Origin: Rhodosorus marinus CCMP1338
Lineage: Eukaryota > Plantae > Rhodophyta
Length of the DNA stretch: 64,000 nucleotides
Assembly (NCBI GenBank): GCA_029953675.1
Contig: JAMWBK010000006.1
Location: 1,612,001-1,676,000, forward strand
Reading direction: 5' to 3'
Part shown: piece after piece, positions 12,238-23,450 of the stretch
Position numbering within the stretch: position 1 is the first letter of the stretch
Layout: each line of letters opens with the position of its first letter
Program-made: the position numbers and the translations under genes
The notes under the pieces: model-generated
Databases searched by the model: none
Seen by the model: only the letters and a program-made list of their open reading frames with translations
Told to the model about the DNA's origin: nothing

Positions 12238-14707
12238 CTACGCGGTGGCAAAGCCAAAAAGCTCTGAATTTTGAGCCTTTTCTCTACGATCCTCTACTCG
12301 CTCCCTGTAAGACATGATCGATATAATAATCCCAAGGATTACGAGAAGAACTGAGAGAACGATAGTTATGCCCAGCATCTGGCCTCCTCTTCTTTGTAGA
12401 AAGTATTCCATCCACCAGCTTCCCGTTCCATCTCCGGAATCAAGCCTAATTGAAACGAGGACAGGTAGGAGTACAGGCGTTCAGCTAGAGCACCACCTTC
12501 TCGATCTGAAAGTCGGGAATGTGTTTGGAACTAACCAGAGAAGAGCCATCGAGTTCGGCATCAAACCTGACCAAGTTCGAGTAAGACCTGCTGCGCCGAC
12601 AGACATTTGGCTCACATAGTTGACCACCCTCCTCAACCCGAAGAAGCAATTACACCTTTGCAACGGAAGGTAGGACTTTGTACGAGAAGAACGTGCAAAT
12701 CGGAAACGATTCAGGTGATACTTGCACACGAGGAGGTGGATGCTTGCATATACATATACATATTTGCTTACTGATTGTGGGCATTGCGAACACGACCGAA
12801 ACTCATGCCCATGCTCATCATCATAGACAATCGAAACTGTGTTGCCCGGAACTGGTGCAAAGGGCTTCGGTTTCGTGAAATATGAAAGATTGCTGAGACC
12901 CTGGCGTCAAGGGAAATACGCATAGTTAGCGTGCTCAGTTAGGCACACAGCAAATTCTAACCGGCCAAAGTGCCTGCTGTCCATTTGTCTCATCTCACCG
13001 TTGTCTTGAAGAACATTGCATCGGAACCACCTTTGATTCCGTTCCAAACAAGTTGTGTCCTACCTTCCCCTTCTATGACGATAAGATCCTGCCTCCCGCT
13101 GTCATCCGTATCGAACGACGCTGCCGCCACTATGTCTCCTAGCTCCTGGTTCAAATCGATGAGGTCGTAGGGCTCAAAACGCACGGTTGAGTTTTTATCG
13201 TGCTCCTTGATCGTATTTCTCCACAGCCTTAGCTCTCTGGTGGAGCCATCAACCGCGATTAGGTCCGTTGCTCCGTCCATGTTAAAATCTCCCGAACGCA
13301 GTGAAGCCGGAATTCTCTGTGGTGACGGAAGATAGCAACGACGGCCGCGATAAGTTTGACCAACTCTTCAGCACAGTGAACTAGTCAGGATCTCGTAGCT
13401 TACAAAATAGAATGAAACCTGTGTGTCGGCAATCGCAACGTCTTCCAGCACAACGCTGCTCACCAGCGTCCTGCAGCAAACGAACAGGAAAGGTACTTGT
13501 TAGAAAGTAAGAAATTGCTCCGCTTCTATGAGAAAATATCAGAGTCACTTGGACTACCTACCATTCCGGGTCCAGGTCGCAAATGGCTCCGTATTTTCTC
13601 GGTTTTTGTACGTTGCTGAGCATGATGATCTGCTTCAATTCATGGTTCGGAAAAACCAGGTCAGCACTACCATCGCCGTTGAAATCGGCGAACAGAATCC
13701 TTCCGTGTGTTCGTTGGTCATATAGGCTGGCATCAAACACCTTGTAGATTTCAGAATCGCTCTCAGACATAGACCACATCTTCACTTCCCTAGGAGCCAC
13801 TCTCGCTGGACTTGACCAAACCTGGCATTCGTACAAGGAGAGAAGAGGTTTATATGTTTCAGGTTCTGATATGTTCAGCCAGAGCTGTGGTTGAGCAGGA
13901 TAGATATGGGAGCAGCTATGCTCGCACCTCCAGTCCGCATGTTGACACTAAGACTAAATCTGCGTGACAGTCTCCATCGAGATCCACATGAGCGTTAGAA
14001 CTTGGCTCTAGGATATTACAGTCCGGGTGATATCCCTCCCTAGAACATGAGATTTTTGTAGCGACGGCTTGAGGCCTTCGGATTCGGACGGGTTTGGCAA
14101 ATGGCGGACAAACTAACCACTTGTGATATGCGAATTCTCCAGGAGGTGAGTTGCTGTGGAACCCGCGTTCTCCAGATGACTCGACCGTAACGAAAATGTC
14201 CGGGACGAGGTCCTTATCCGCGTCAAGAACGAGAAAGCCGGGACTGAAGGGTTCCAATGTAGGTCCAGCCGTGAAGACCCCAGTGCTATTCATAGAGTTG
14301 TAGAATATATGTCCTTTGCCATCGTCCGTGGACACCACGATGTCCAAAATTCCGTCATTGTTGAAGTCTCCAGAGTCAAGCCCGTTCATGTTTCCAAAGT
14401 TAAGTTCGACACCGCTCCCCAAGGGCTCGAAGCGATAATCAGCATGATTCCATCGTCCGAGCGACAGCTTTCGCATTTCTTTATCAACGAAGAGGATGTC
14501 CACCATGTAATCAGCATCAAAGTCGGCGAAAAGAACAGCCTCCCCAAACTCGCGGAGGTTGACGTAGTCGGTCTGGAGAGACCAGGGAGCGCCTCCCACA
14601 GAGGGACCTCCCTTACCGTTCCCTCCACCGAAAATGGAAGCGATACATCCATTGGGCACCCTGCTTAAGATCAGAACTATAAACAGAATACCCCATCTTC
14701 TATCCAT
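12238..14707 (-). CDS. ITFG1: ITFG1/LINKIN (TIP) FG-GAP-repeat type I membrane protein
   Basis: Signal peptide, then repeated FG-GAP-like motifs (LFADFDADYMVDI, GDFNNDGILDI, VDLDGDCHADL, FADFNGDGSADL, FDTDDSGRQDL). C-terminal FFGL..VNYV..MSVG...TWSGLMPNS, a TM helix (GITIVLSVLLVILGIIISIM) and the tail ERVEDRREK...FGF. Confidence 0.85.
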
Positions 14708-15926
14708 CGAAAAGAATCAGCAGGCGGATCACAAGGAAACCAACCAGCCTGGCCTGCTTCTTCACACCTTCCGCAGCGTTCACAGTCTTCAATCCAAGCC
14801 TTTCATTACTTTTCGAAGCTCGTTCTTTTGAATAGCAGCAAAACAAGACCAAAAAAAACAAACCAAAGGAACAGCACATCAGTTCCAGCAAACAGCAGAG
14901 AGATCGCCAACTGATCGCTCGCTGGCCTGAAGTCTGTCTCTTCCTCCTCAGCAAAACTTTCCGTGTAGCGGGCTGTCCCCCACACGGAGAATTTGGATCT
15001 TTGCTGAGGATGGTGAGCAGTGTTCGCTTTCAACATATGAACAGAGCTGTGGATATATCGAATTGACTTTTCACGACCCCAGAGATTCCGTTTCTTCTTA
15101 GTAGGTATCCTCTTGACCCGTTTTGGACGGACCCGCTTGTGAAGTGGGGGATCGTGACCGTGAATTTAGGTCACCATTGGTCACCGTTACACTGTAACAG
15201 GGCATACCCAGTTGCAAAAAGTGAACCTAAGAGCTACTGAATTCGTGCTCGGACTGTACATATCTGCCTTTCACCGTCCGAGCAACTCTCTCCACCTTGA
15301 CCCGGACACACGTTGTGTTGTGGTTAAGCAAGGCAGATGGTACCAGCGGAATCTCTGCTTTACTTAGCTGATCACTACTAGTTTAGGTAGGATATATTGT
15401 GGTAGCAGCTTTCGCCCTGGTCCTTATCCTGAGTGGTTGTTTGTGTTCGCCTGACTTTCACCTAAGCTGATATGCCCTCAGACACGTTTCCTTTGGGTTT
15501 CATGGACTCTGGAAGTTTGTAGTAGATGAGTGTTGAAGATATTGTATACCGTCCTGGTCAGTCGCAGGCCGATTTTGCTTTGCAGCGAGTGGCGGCCTTC
15601 AGTTAATTTTTTCCCAGGACTCTTTGCTGTCATCAGTACTTCAGTACAAACTAGTTGGGCTTGGATGTCCTCGTGAAGTATCGTATTTCCTCTTACAAAC
15701 AATCCTGTCGTTTCTGATCCACCTTCCTTCGTCTCTATTTTTCAGACAAGGCAGCCAAGTATCCCCACTTCCTCATTCCATCATGGACGCTTCACACTTT
15801 TCAGATCTGATGCTGGTAGGGGTTTGGAGGCAGCCGGGGGCTGTGGTGAGCGCTAACCGGCGGACCAGTGGACTAATGCTTCCAAGAGAACGAGCTGGTT
15901 TTTCCTGAAGGAAAAGCTGCTCTGTC

Positions 15927-17510
15927 ATGGAGTCGCTTGTGAACAAATACGTGAAGAGAACAAGCCCCACTTCGCTTGTTATCGGGAAGGGGTTTGTCCC
16001 AAACATGAACGTGCCCGGGAAGGTCTTTGCAAACTCAACTCTGGAGAAGCTGCTTCTTGACGAAGCATCTGAGATAGCCAGCGGAAGTACGGGCAGTTTT
16101 ATACCGTCCCTGGCGCAGGTAGCTAATGTAGCAGCTCTCCCTGGCATTGTGGGTGAGTCGATCGCGATGCCTGACGTCCATTCTGGCTACGGCTTTGCTA
16201 TTGGCAACGTTGCCGCTTTCGACATGGATAACCCCTCCTCAATCGTTTCACCTGGCGGGGTCGGATTTGATATAAACTGCGGCGTACGCATGTTGAGGAC
16301 GAACCTGAAAGAGGAAGACGTGCGGCCCGTTCAGGAGCAACTTGCGCAGAATCTGTTTGATCACGTTCCGGTTGGTGTTGGCTCGAAATCACTCATTGGA
16401 GCCAGGACGTACTCCGATATCGATCAAATCCTAAACTATGGCATTGATTGGGCTCTGAGAGAAGGGTAAGCTACTCTCTACCCGCTTAAGCGTGCCCTCC
16501 CATCTGAGCTGACTATCCCGACCAATTTTTTCCGCAAACAAAGATACGCGTGGCCGGAAGATAAAGAGCTGTGCGAAGAACAAGGACGCATCGTCAAAGC
16601 AGACGCGAACCATGTTTCGCAAAAAGCTAAAGGTCGTGGTATGTCTCAACTGGGAACCCTCGGAGCTGGAAACCACTATGCCGAAGTTCAAGTCGTGGAT
16701 GAGGTATTCGATGCCACGTCCGCAGCGGTTCTCGGGTTGGAAAAGGGAACTGTCTGCATGATGATCCATTCAGGTTCAAGAGGGTTGGGGCATCAGATTG
16801 CATCGGAGACAGTGACCAAGATGGAATCCCTTCAGGAGCAAATGGGTATACAAGTTAACGATAGACAGCTGGTGTGCGCAAGAATCCAGTCCAAGGAAGG
16901 GGAAGAGTACCTGTCGGCCATGAACGCAGCTGCCAACTTTGCGTATGCGAATCGATCCATCATGACCTTCCTAGCGCGGCAAGCGTTTGCGAAAACATTC
17001 AACGCTACCCCAGATGATCTGGATATGAATCTAGTGTACGACGTGTCGCACAATATAGCGAAGGAGGAGATGCATCTCTTGAATGGAGAGGTTCGAAGAC
17101 TGCTGGTGCATAGAAAAGGTGCCACTAGGGCCTTTGGACCGTTCCATCCTTTGATTCCCACTGCATATCAGACTATTGGCCAGCCTGCGTTGGTGGGTGG
17201 AACTATGGGGACAGCATCGTATGTTCTCTTGGGAACCGATGAGGGCATGAAGACAGCTTTTGGCTCAACCTGCCACGGTGCCGGCCGTGCACTCAGCAGG
17301 AGCAAGAGTCGTGCCATGATAGATAGCATGGACGTGGCCGAGCGTCTTCGAGAAGCAAACGTATCCGCGAGAGTTGCTTCTTCTCACCTTCTCGCCGAGG
17401 AAGCTCCACAGTCCTACAAGGACGTGTTCGAGGTGGTGCAGACATGCGAGGAGGCTAAGCTATCCCGGGCTGCTGTGAGGATGAAGCCGGTGGCTGTGGC
17501 GAAGGGCTAG
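15927..17510 (+). CDS. RTCB: RtcB 3'-phosphate/5'-OH RNA ligase (eukaryotic HSPC117 type), one intron 16466-16543
   Basis: [71 protein letters not shown] and [10 protein letters not shown] are all intact. N-terminal KGFVPNM is typical of the eukaryotic form. Confidence 0.97.
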
Positions 17511-20460
17511 ATCAGAGGCCAGCAAAACGCAATTTCGCAAGTTTTTTAGGTTGCGGTAGATCGCGAAACCACTGCCTCCCCGTAGCCTCGGAGAGCAAGA
17601 GCTTAAGCGCATTATAGCTTAGCATGTCAGTTGGGTACGCTTTGGACACTGACTTCAGGTGCTTCCAAGGTTAGGCACTGTCCACGGGCCATGACAACAT
17701 TCGGGCTGATACAATTGTTGTGGTGGAGGAAGCACTTTCGATTTTGTCGGTCATCCGCAAGGTTGGGGATGGTACGGAAAGAATCGAGACGGATTACAGG
17801 AATTTTCTACTTGTCTTCAATTGCGAATCAAGATGTATTCTGATCTGGACAGGACAACCGAGGAGACCCATGAAAACGTACCAGCGAAACTGTCATCAAG
17901 GCAGCCTGGGCTCGTCCCCAAGTAACAGAGGGCTGGAACGGAGGGGCAATCGGTAGAGCAAACGGACGAGTGTTAGTGGAGAGATGCACCCACCTTCCAA
18001 ACGGTATACTATAGGAATATACCAACGCTCAAATTAAGAGACTATGTCGCAACCAAGCTAATACTCCTCGGTAAATACTCTTTTCACCAACCTCTTCCAA
18101 AATCTAGGGAAGACCTTACAAAACAAGTGCCTTATGCCATGGACGTGTCCATCCTTCAGATACCGTTCAGAACTTCAAAGGCGGTAACGGAATCAAAGAA
18201 TCAGAGTCGGTATCGAAATGGGCGGTCAACGCGTGTGTGCTCGGGGGGAATGTTGCATAGACAACAGAAGATCTGTCAAGAAAGTCGCTGACAATCCATA
18301 TCGTGCCCCCTTCTTGTGACGTGTGTGCTTAGTGAAGGCATCTTAACTCCGTAGCGGACTTATTCACCATAAATCACAGTCACATGGAGCAACAGCTCAG
18401 GTCCAAGTCTGCCCCAAGTGGTCTTCCACCTTAAAATAGAGTGAGGGATGCTTCGGTTTACGTTTGAATTCAAATGGATCCAAGACGGCCACATAGGCGG
18501 CCAGAGTTACGCAGTGCTTCCATAAATTGTGCTAATAATACGTCAACCGTCAGCCTTTTGGCGTGCCGGACTTGTTGGGACGGATATAAATCTCAACACT
18601 TTCCGCAAGCCACGCGGCCACTTTCGGCAGCCCCAACACCGCTTCCAAAACCCTATCAACGGGATCCGATCCTTCCCTAAACAACCTACATTCCATCACA
18701 GCCTGTCCATCAGAAGGAGTGAAATTCGAAAACAAAATGGAGTACCCTATTTTTAAATACTAAACAAAAACAATTTATATTTTACAAGCAATAAGGGGGG
18801 GCAGGGAGAAGATTTTCTAAAATTGAATCAACGCAGATGGGCATATTTCAAAAAATAAATCAGAGTTATTTGAATTTCACGAATACGTTTGCAACGTCTA
18901 ACCCTGGGACAAAATACACGGAATAGTTTTTGTTTGTTCTTTTTCTTTTTTTTCAAAGGTGCCCTTAATTTGGTAGGTCTGAGCCTGCCAACCGAGGAAT
19001 CTGGGCTTTCTTCCTTTTTTTGCTGATCAACTTTAGGATTCATATTTGTTTTGTGAGTGAGCAATATTTATACGTTTACATGTATGAAAATATTATTGGA
19101 AAACTCGTTGGTTGCAGAAGTGCGTGGACAAATTGTCTTAAAACTAGAAAATCTCTATCCGTAAAAAAACTTTGTTTTTGGCGGAGCAGATAAAAAACCT
19201 TAACGAGATATCGTTTCGCGGCTTGTTTAAAGTCGAACCACATATCATATACCCTTTCACACAAAATGTTTTATACTCAAAACACATTTTTCTTTAAATC
19301 ACATTCACCTGGATCCGACCAAAGTCACATTTTCTACACCCTTGTGGACTTTCAGTTTCTAAAAAGATGGAAACTCAGAAACGTCGATTTGATTTTGTTT
19401 TTTCTTGGCCAATCATTTGCTCTCGAACAAAACGCGGGGTTGTAGAATGAGGACGAGAAGCAAGTATCCAACCTCCGTGAGAAAGATAGTCAGAATTTCA
19501 AACCGTTCAAAAACCCGTGGCAAAAGGTTTCTTTCCAGGCCCCCTCTGAGGGATGGTTTTACTTTTTTCACGTGAAACTACCCAAGGGGGTTCGATGGAA
19601 TGTACATACACTCTGCTTTATAACAATAATCCATTTTTCATCAATAATTTTATCGTCCTTTTAACTCCACAGAATTCTCTCAGGGGTATAAATGATATCG
19701 CGATAGAAAACGTAACGAGCCCGCGACATGTTCTGAACCCCATCCACCACGGTGCCCCGGTTGAATGGTTGAATGAGATTTGCAGCTCTTGAGCTACTTA
19801 ACCCCCTACTCAACCCCTGCCTACCCTGCATCACATGCAAACCAAAGGAATTTGCCCGCAAAAAGCTAAAAATTTATTCACAATGATCGTTTTTGTCTTG
19901 GGGTACATGAATTCAAAAATGGTCCCATAAAAAAATGAAAACGAAGTGTGCCATTGTGTCCCATCAAGACGTTGAACACCCACCGCGAGGAGGGCCTCGA
20001 GTTTAAGACTCTGTTACTTACTGGCCTACTACCACCTCAACCTCCAAATACTTTCTTCCCCCCCCTTCAAGATTGAGTATCAACCGACTCCTTCATAAAA
20101 ACCTGTCAAAAAGAAGTGGAAAACAGGGAACATCGAGGGGTGAGGGATCAAGAAAAACTGGAGGGATGTTTCTGAGATTGTTTTTTTTTGAATTGTGAAA
20201 AATGCTTTATGTCAGCTTTCGCGGCAAAACTTGTTAGTTTGTATTTTTCCTTTATTGTGCCGAAAAGGGGAGGGGGGGGGGATCGGGGTTGTCCTACCTC
20301 TCGAAAACGGGGGCATAATCGGTTGTTGTGCTAAAGGTTTTTCATATATGAAAGTTTCAGGTGCATCTTTCGAACTTGTTTGCCGAGGGGAGAATTGGAG
20401 AGGATTATGGCTTAGGGTATTCCGATTAGAGTAAAGAGAACGTGGTTAGTGTATGCGTGT

Positions 20461-20487
20461 GAGAGAGAAAGAGAGAGAGAGAGAGAG
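20461..20487. repeat. Interrupted (GA)n microsatellite in the 5' region of the Hint-protein gene
   Basis: gagagagaaagagagagagagagagag, flanked by GT-rich dinucleotide runs. Confidence 0.8.
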
Positions 20488-20538
20488 GTGTGCATGTGTG
20501 TGTGAGAAGGAAGACTATTCTTCCTCAGGAGAATCGCG

Positions 20539-23043
20539 ATGGGTGAGAAGATGAGGGTTTTTTTCTTGCTGTTACCGTTGCTGTGTGTGGGGTTGTCGGT
20601 GGCCGTGAAGATTCCTAGTGAACTTCTCCCTGGTGAAGATTTCCAGAGTGTAGCCAGAACATGGGCGGATAGAATATCTGTATTGCACACTGTTGCTGCT
20701 CGTCAAGGCGGGACGTGCGTCGAGGAACAGGAGGAGCGGTTGAGTTTTGATACTCCAATCGATGATCTTCCGACGAGCTTTTCTGAAATCCCTCTAGATT
20801 TCACCGTCTTCAGACCAGAGGGCGGTGTGTGTGCGGACGGGTCTCCGTACAATTTCATCTTTGTCAAGCAGAGTTCAACGAGATTGAATATCCATATAAC
20901 ACCCGGCGGATTTTGCTACGACCCCACAACCTGCTGCGGTCCCAATGCGTCCCAATTTTACACTTCTTCACTTCCTGATGAAGAATTTTGGGCGGCTTTG
21001 ACGTGCAGTCCGCCTCTGGCCAGGCAGCTCAGGCTGCTCTCTCTTCAAGGAATTTTCAGTCTTGTTCCTAGTAACCCGATGGCCGACTACTCGCATTTAA
21101 TTGTTCCTTCGTGTTCCGGAGAAGGTGCACTTGCGGATACGCAAGTTGACTACAGCGGGGACGGTATCTCTTGCTCGGTCGAGCATAAAGGATCAGGGAA
21201 CACGCAGATAGCAATCGATTGGGTGCTCAATTTGATGGGATCGGATCTAACCCATGTCACGTTCAGCGGTGCTGGATCTGGCTCCGTTGGAATCAAGTTG
21301 CATGCTGCTAAGGCAATGGAAGACCTCAAGACTATTCAACCGAATAACTCGGTCATTTCTACAGTACTCGCTGATGCTGGTGTAGGAATGCTTGTGGTTC
21401 CGGAGACTTGGGACATCTTGAGCCAAGGCATATACCCCCAAGTTTTTCAGCAGTCATCGGTGTTTCCGGATTTCACAGGTTTTGTTGAGGCTGATGAAAG
21501 CTTGAGTGAGGTGCAGGAAAATACTGCGGAGATTACCGCGGGAATTCTGCGTGACTCGTACACGAACATTTACAACTACTTTGCCGACTCCTCTCAAGTT
21601 CTCGAGACAACGTTTCTACAAGACACTGTCCAGATTGCGGATGCGATTTCGAGTACTCAGGCAAGTACTGGTTCGACGAGCTGCTCTAGTGATCAGACCT
21701 GCGCGCAACTATTTCCCGAAGTTGCAGAAACGTCTATGCGGACGGGAGCGACGGATGTTCCAGGTCCTTTCACGGGCTTTACAGCTCCAGGAACGCAGAA
21801 CGTGATTATAACTACTCCCGAATTCGAGGACCAAGTTTACGCTGCGTACAGGGGTGGGGGCGAGACCACGACAAGGGCGTTTTCAATTCTGAGTCAAGCA
21901 GTGGACAGAACAATGCCAATGCCTGTACAGCCGTCTTTTCCTCCCACAGCGAGCCCCAGTGCTTCCCCGACCCCGGGAACCAGCACTCCCACGGCGAGCC
22001 CCAGTCCTACTACGACTCCTGGAACCAGTACTCCTACCGCGACCCCGACCCCGGGCACCCCTACTGCGACCCCGACCCCGGGTACTCCTACTGCGACCCC
22101 GACAGAGGCCACACCGACTGCGACGGTATTGCCGATCACGCCAACACCAAGTTCGACATCAATCACATCGACACCAACGGCGACAGAGGGTACACCGACC
22201 GCCACCGCCGAGCCAGTGACGGGGACGCCTACTGCGACAGAAACAGCTTTTCCAACGGGTACAGAAACAGGTTTTCCAACGGGTACTGCGACGGAGACAC
22301 CTGTTCCAACGGGCACTGCGACGGGAACAGTTCTTCCAACTTCTACGCCAACAGAGACCGGTATGGAAACGCCGACAATGACATTGAACCCGTCCGAATC
22401 TGAGAGCATCTCGGAATCTGTATCTGAGTCTATCAGCGAATCTGTGAGCGCAAGTGAATCTGCGAGCGAGTCAGCGACTGCATCGGCAACTCCAACGCCG
22501 TCACCTGATGCTGCATGTTTCCCCGGTGATGCTGTTGTCGAAACTAGGGAGGGTTTCATCCGAATGGAAGATTTGCGAATCGGTGACAGCGTACGCGTCG
22601 GAGCGGACCAATTCAGCGAGGTTTACATGTTTACTCACCAAAATGCGGACGTGGTGACATCTATGATTCGGGTTGAGGCTGGAGGCAGGGCTTTAGAGCT
22701 AAGCCCAACTCACTATATACCCGTGGAGGGGGTTTTAAAGACAGCCAAGACCGTACAGGTTGGAGACTTGCTGGACGAGGTGAATGGAACAGCAGTAGAA
22801 ATTAACTCCGTGCAGCTGGTTGAGAAGAGAGGACTTTACAACCCTCAAACTATGGATGGCAGAATTGCGGTGAATGGATTGATCCTTTCAACCTTCACGA
22901 AGACGGTCCATCCGATCGTTGCGAAGGTTCTCTTGCTCGTGCCTAAGATGCTCTACAATCTGGGACTTCCGAACCCATTCGCTCGTTTGTTCCTCATGGA
23001 TAATAGCTTCGCATCAAAATTGGTGCCGAGAGGCTTTGATTAG
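20539..23043 (+). CDS. Secreted pectin-acetylesterase/Notum-like domain + Thr/Pro/Ser mucin-like stalk + C-terminal Hedgehog-type Hint (Hog) domain; intronless, 834 aa
   Basis: Signal peptide (VFFLLLPLLCVGLSVA). PAE-like motifs CADGSPYNF, PGGFCYDPTTC, NPMADYSHLIVPSCSG, VEHKG and DAG. Hint domain starts ACFPGDAVV (Cys codon 22516-22518) with LRIGDSV, LSPTHY and GLYNPQTMDGRIAVNG. Confidence 0.9.
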   Translation: MGEKMRVFFLLLPLLCVGLSVAVKIPSELLPGEDFQSVARTWADRISVLHTVAARQGGTCVEEQEERLSFDTPIDDLPTSFSEIPLDFTVFRPEGGVCADGSPYNFIFVKQSSTRLNIHITPGGFCYDPTTCCGPNASQFYTSSLPDEEFWAALTCSPPLARQLRLLSLQGIFSLVPSNPMADYSHLIVPSCSGEGALADTQVDYSGDGISCSVEHKGSGNTQIAIDWVLNLMGSDLTHVTFSGAGSGSVGIKLHAAKAMEDLKTIQPNNSVISTVLADAGVGMLVVPETWDILSQGIYPQVFQQSSVFPDFTGFVEADESLSEVQENTAEITAGILRDSYTNIYNYFADSSQVLETTFLQDTVQIADAISSTQASTGSTSCSSDQTCAQLFPEVAETSMRTGATDVPGPFTGFTAPGTQNVIITTPEFEDQVYAAYRGGGETTTRAFSILSQAVDRTMPMPVQPSFPPTASPSASPTPGTSTPTASPSPTTTPGTSTPTATPTPGTPTATPTPGTPTATPTEATPTATVLPITPTPSSTSITSTPTATEGTPTATAEPVTGTPTATETAFPTGTETGFPTGTATETPVPTGTATGTVLPTSTPTETGMETPTMTLNPSESESISESVSESISESVSASESASESATASATPTPSPDAACFPGDAVVETREGFIRMEDLRIGDSVRVGADQFSEVYMFTHQNADVVTSMIRVEAGGRALELSPTHYIPVEGVLKTAKTVQVGDLLDEVNGTAVEINSVQLVEKRGLYNPQTMDGRIAVNGLILSTFTKTVHPIVAKVLLLVPKMLYNLGLPNPFARLFLMDNSFASKLVPRGFD
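21949..22500 (+). repeat. Coding low-complexity repeats forming a mucin-like linker
   Basis: 27-nt tandem units at 22036-22103 (TATPTPGTP), a 24-nt tandem pair at 22237-22284 (TETA/GFPTG) and an SESISESVSES run. Confidence 0.9.
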
Positions 23044-23223
23044 AAAACCACCGAGTGTTTTGCCCTTGGTCATGTTTCTTTTTTTTGTAGGCTGATCGTT
23101 GTGGGTGTGATATTCTGAACGAGTCCTCGCGCCCTTAATTAAAATAAAATAGATTGATGCTTGGTAATACATTCGCACTCAGGACGGATATTGCACTACT
23201 CTCTCGGGACACCGATTGTCCCG

Positions 23224-23450
23224 CTAGTAAGAAGATTCCCGTGGCCCATATTGCGGGCACCATGGCGGCCAGTTGTTCGTCCTGAGCGTGAAACGGAAAC
23301 ACTCCAGAAAACACCAAGGCAGTTTGTTGTTAGTTGTACCAACAAAAAAAAGGTTTCACGCGTTTTCAGCACAGGAGGAAAACGCTCAGATCGATTATTT
23401 GGAGGACGTCACCTTTCTATCAGATTGTTCGAGCCTGACACACAGCCCAT
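23224..23450 (-). CDS. Candidate spliced micropeptide, 31 aa (MGCVSGSNNLIERTNNWPPWCPQYGPRESSY)
   Basis: Exon 1 23450-23413, intron 23412-23282 (AG/gtgacg donor, actaac branch point, ctcag acceptor), exon 2 23281-23224 ending in TAG. Phases match, and the upstream composition is like other 5' regions in this window. Confidence 0.4.

Noticed and set aside
15000-17600. Bacterial-type rtc RNA-repair operon or defence island around RtcB
   Set aside because: The gene has a spliceosomal intron and a eukaryotic N-terminus; no rtcA, rtcR, archease or toxin neighbours.
22516-23043. Intein
   Set aside because: The domain is C-terminal, has no C-extein and lacks the terminal His-Asn plus +1 nucleophile, so it is Hog-type rather than protein-splicing.
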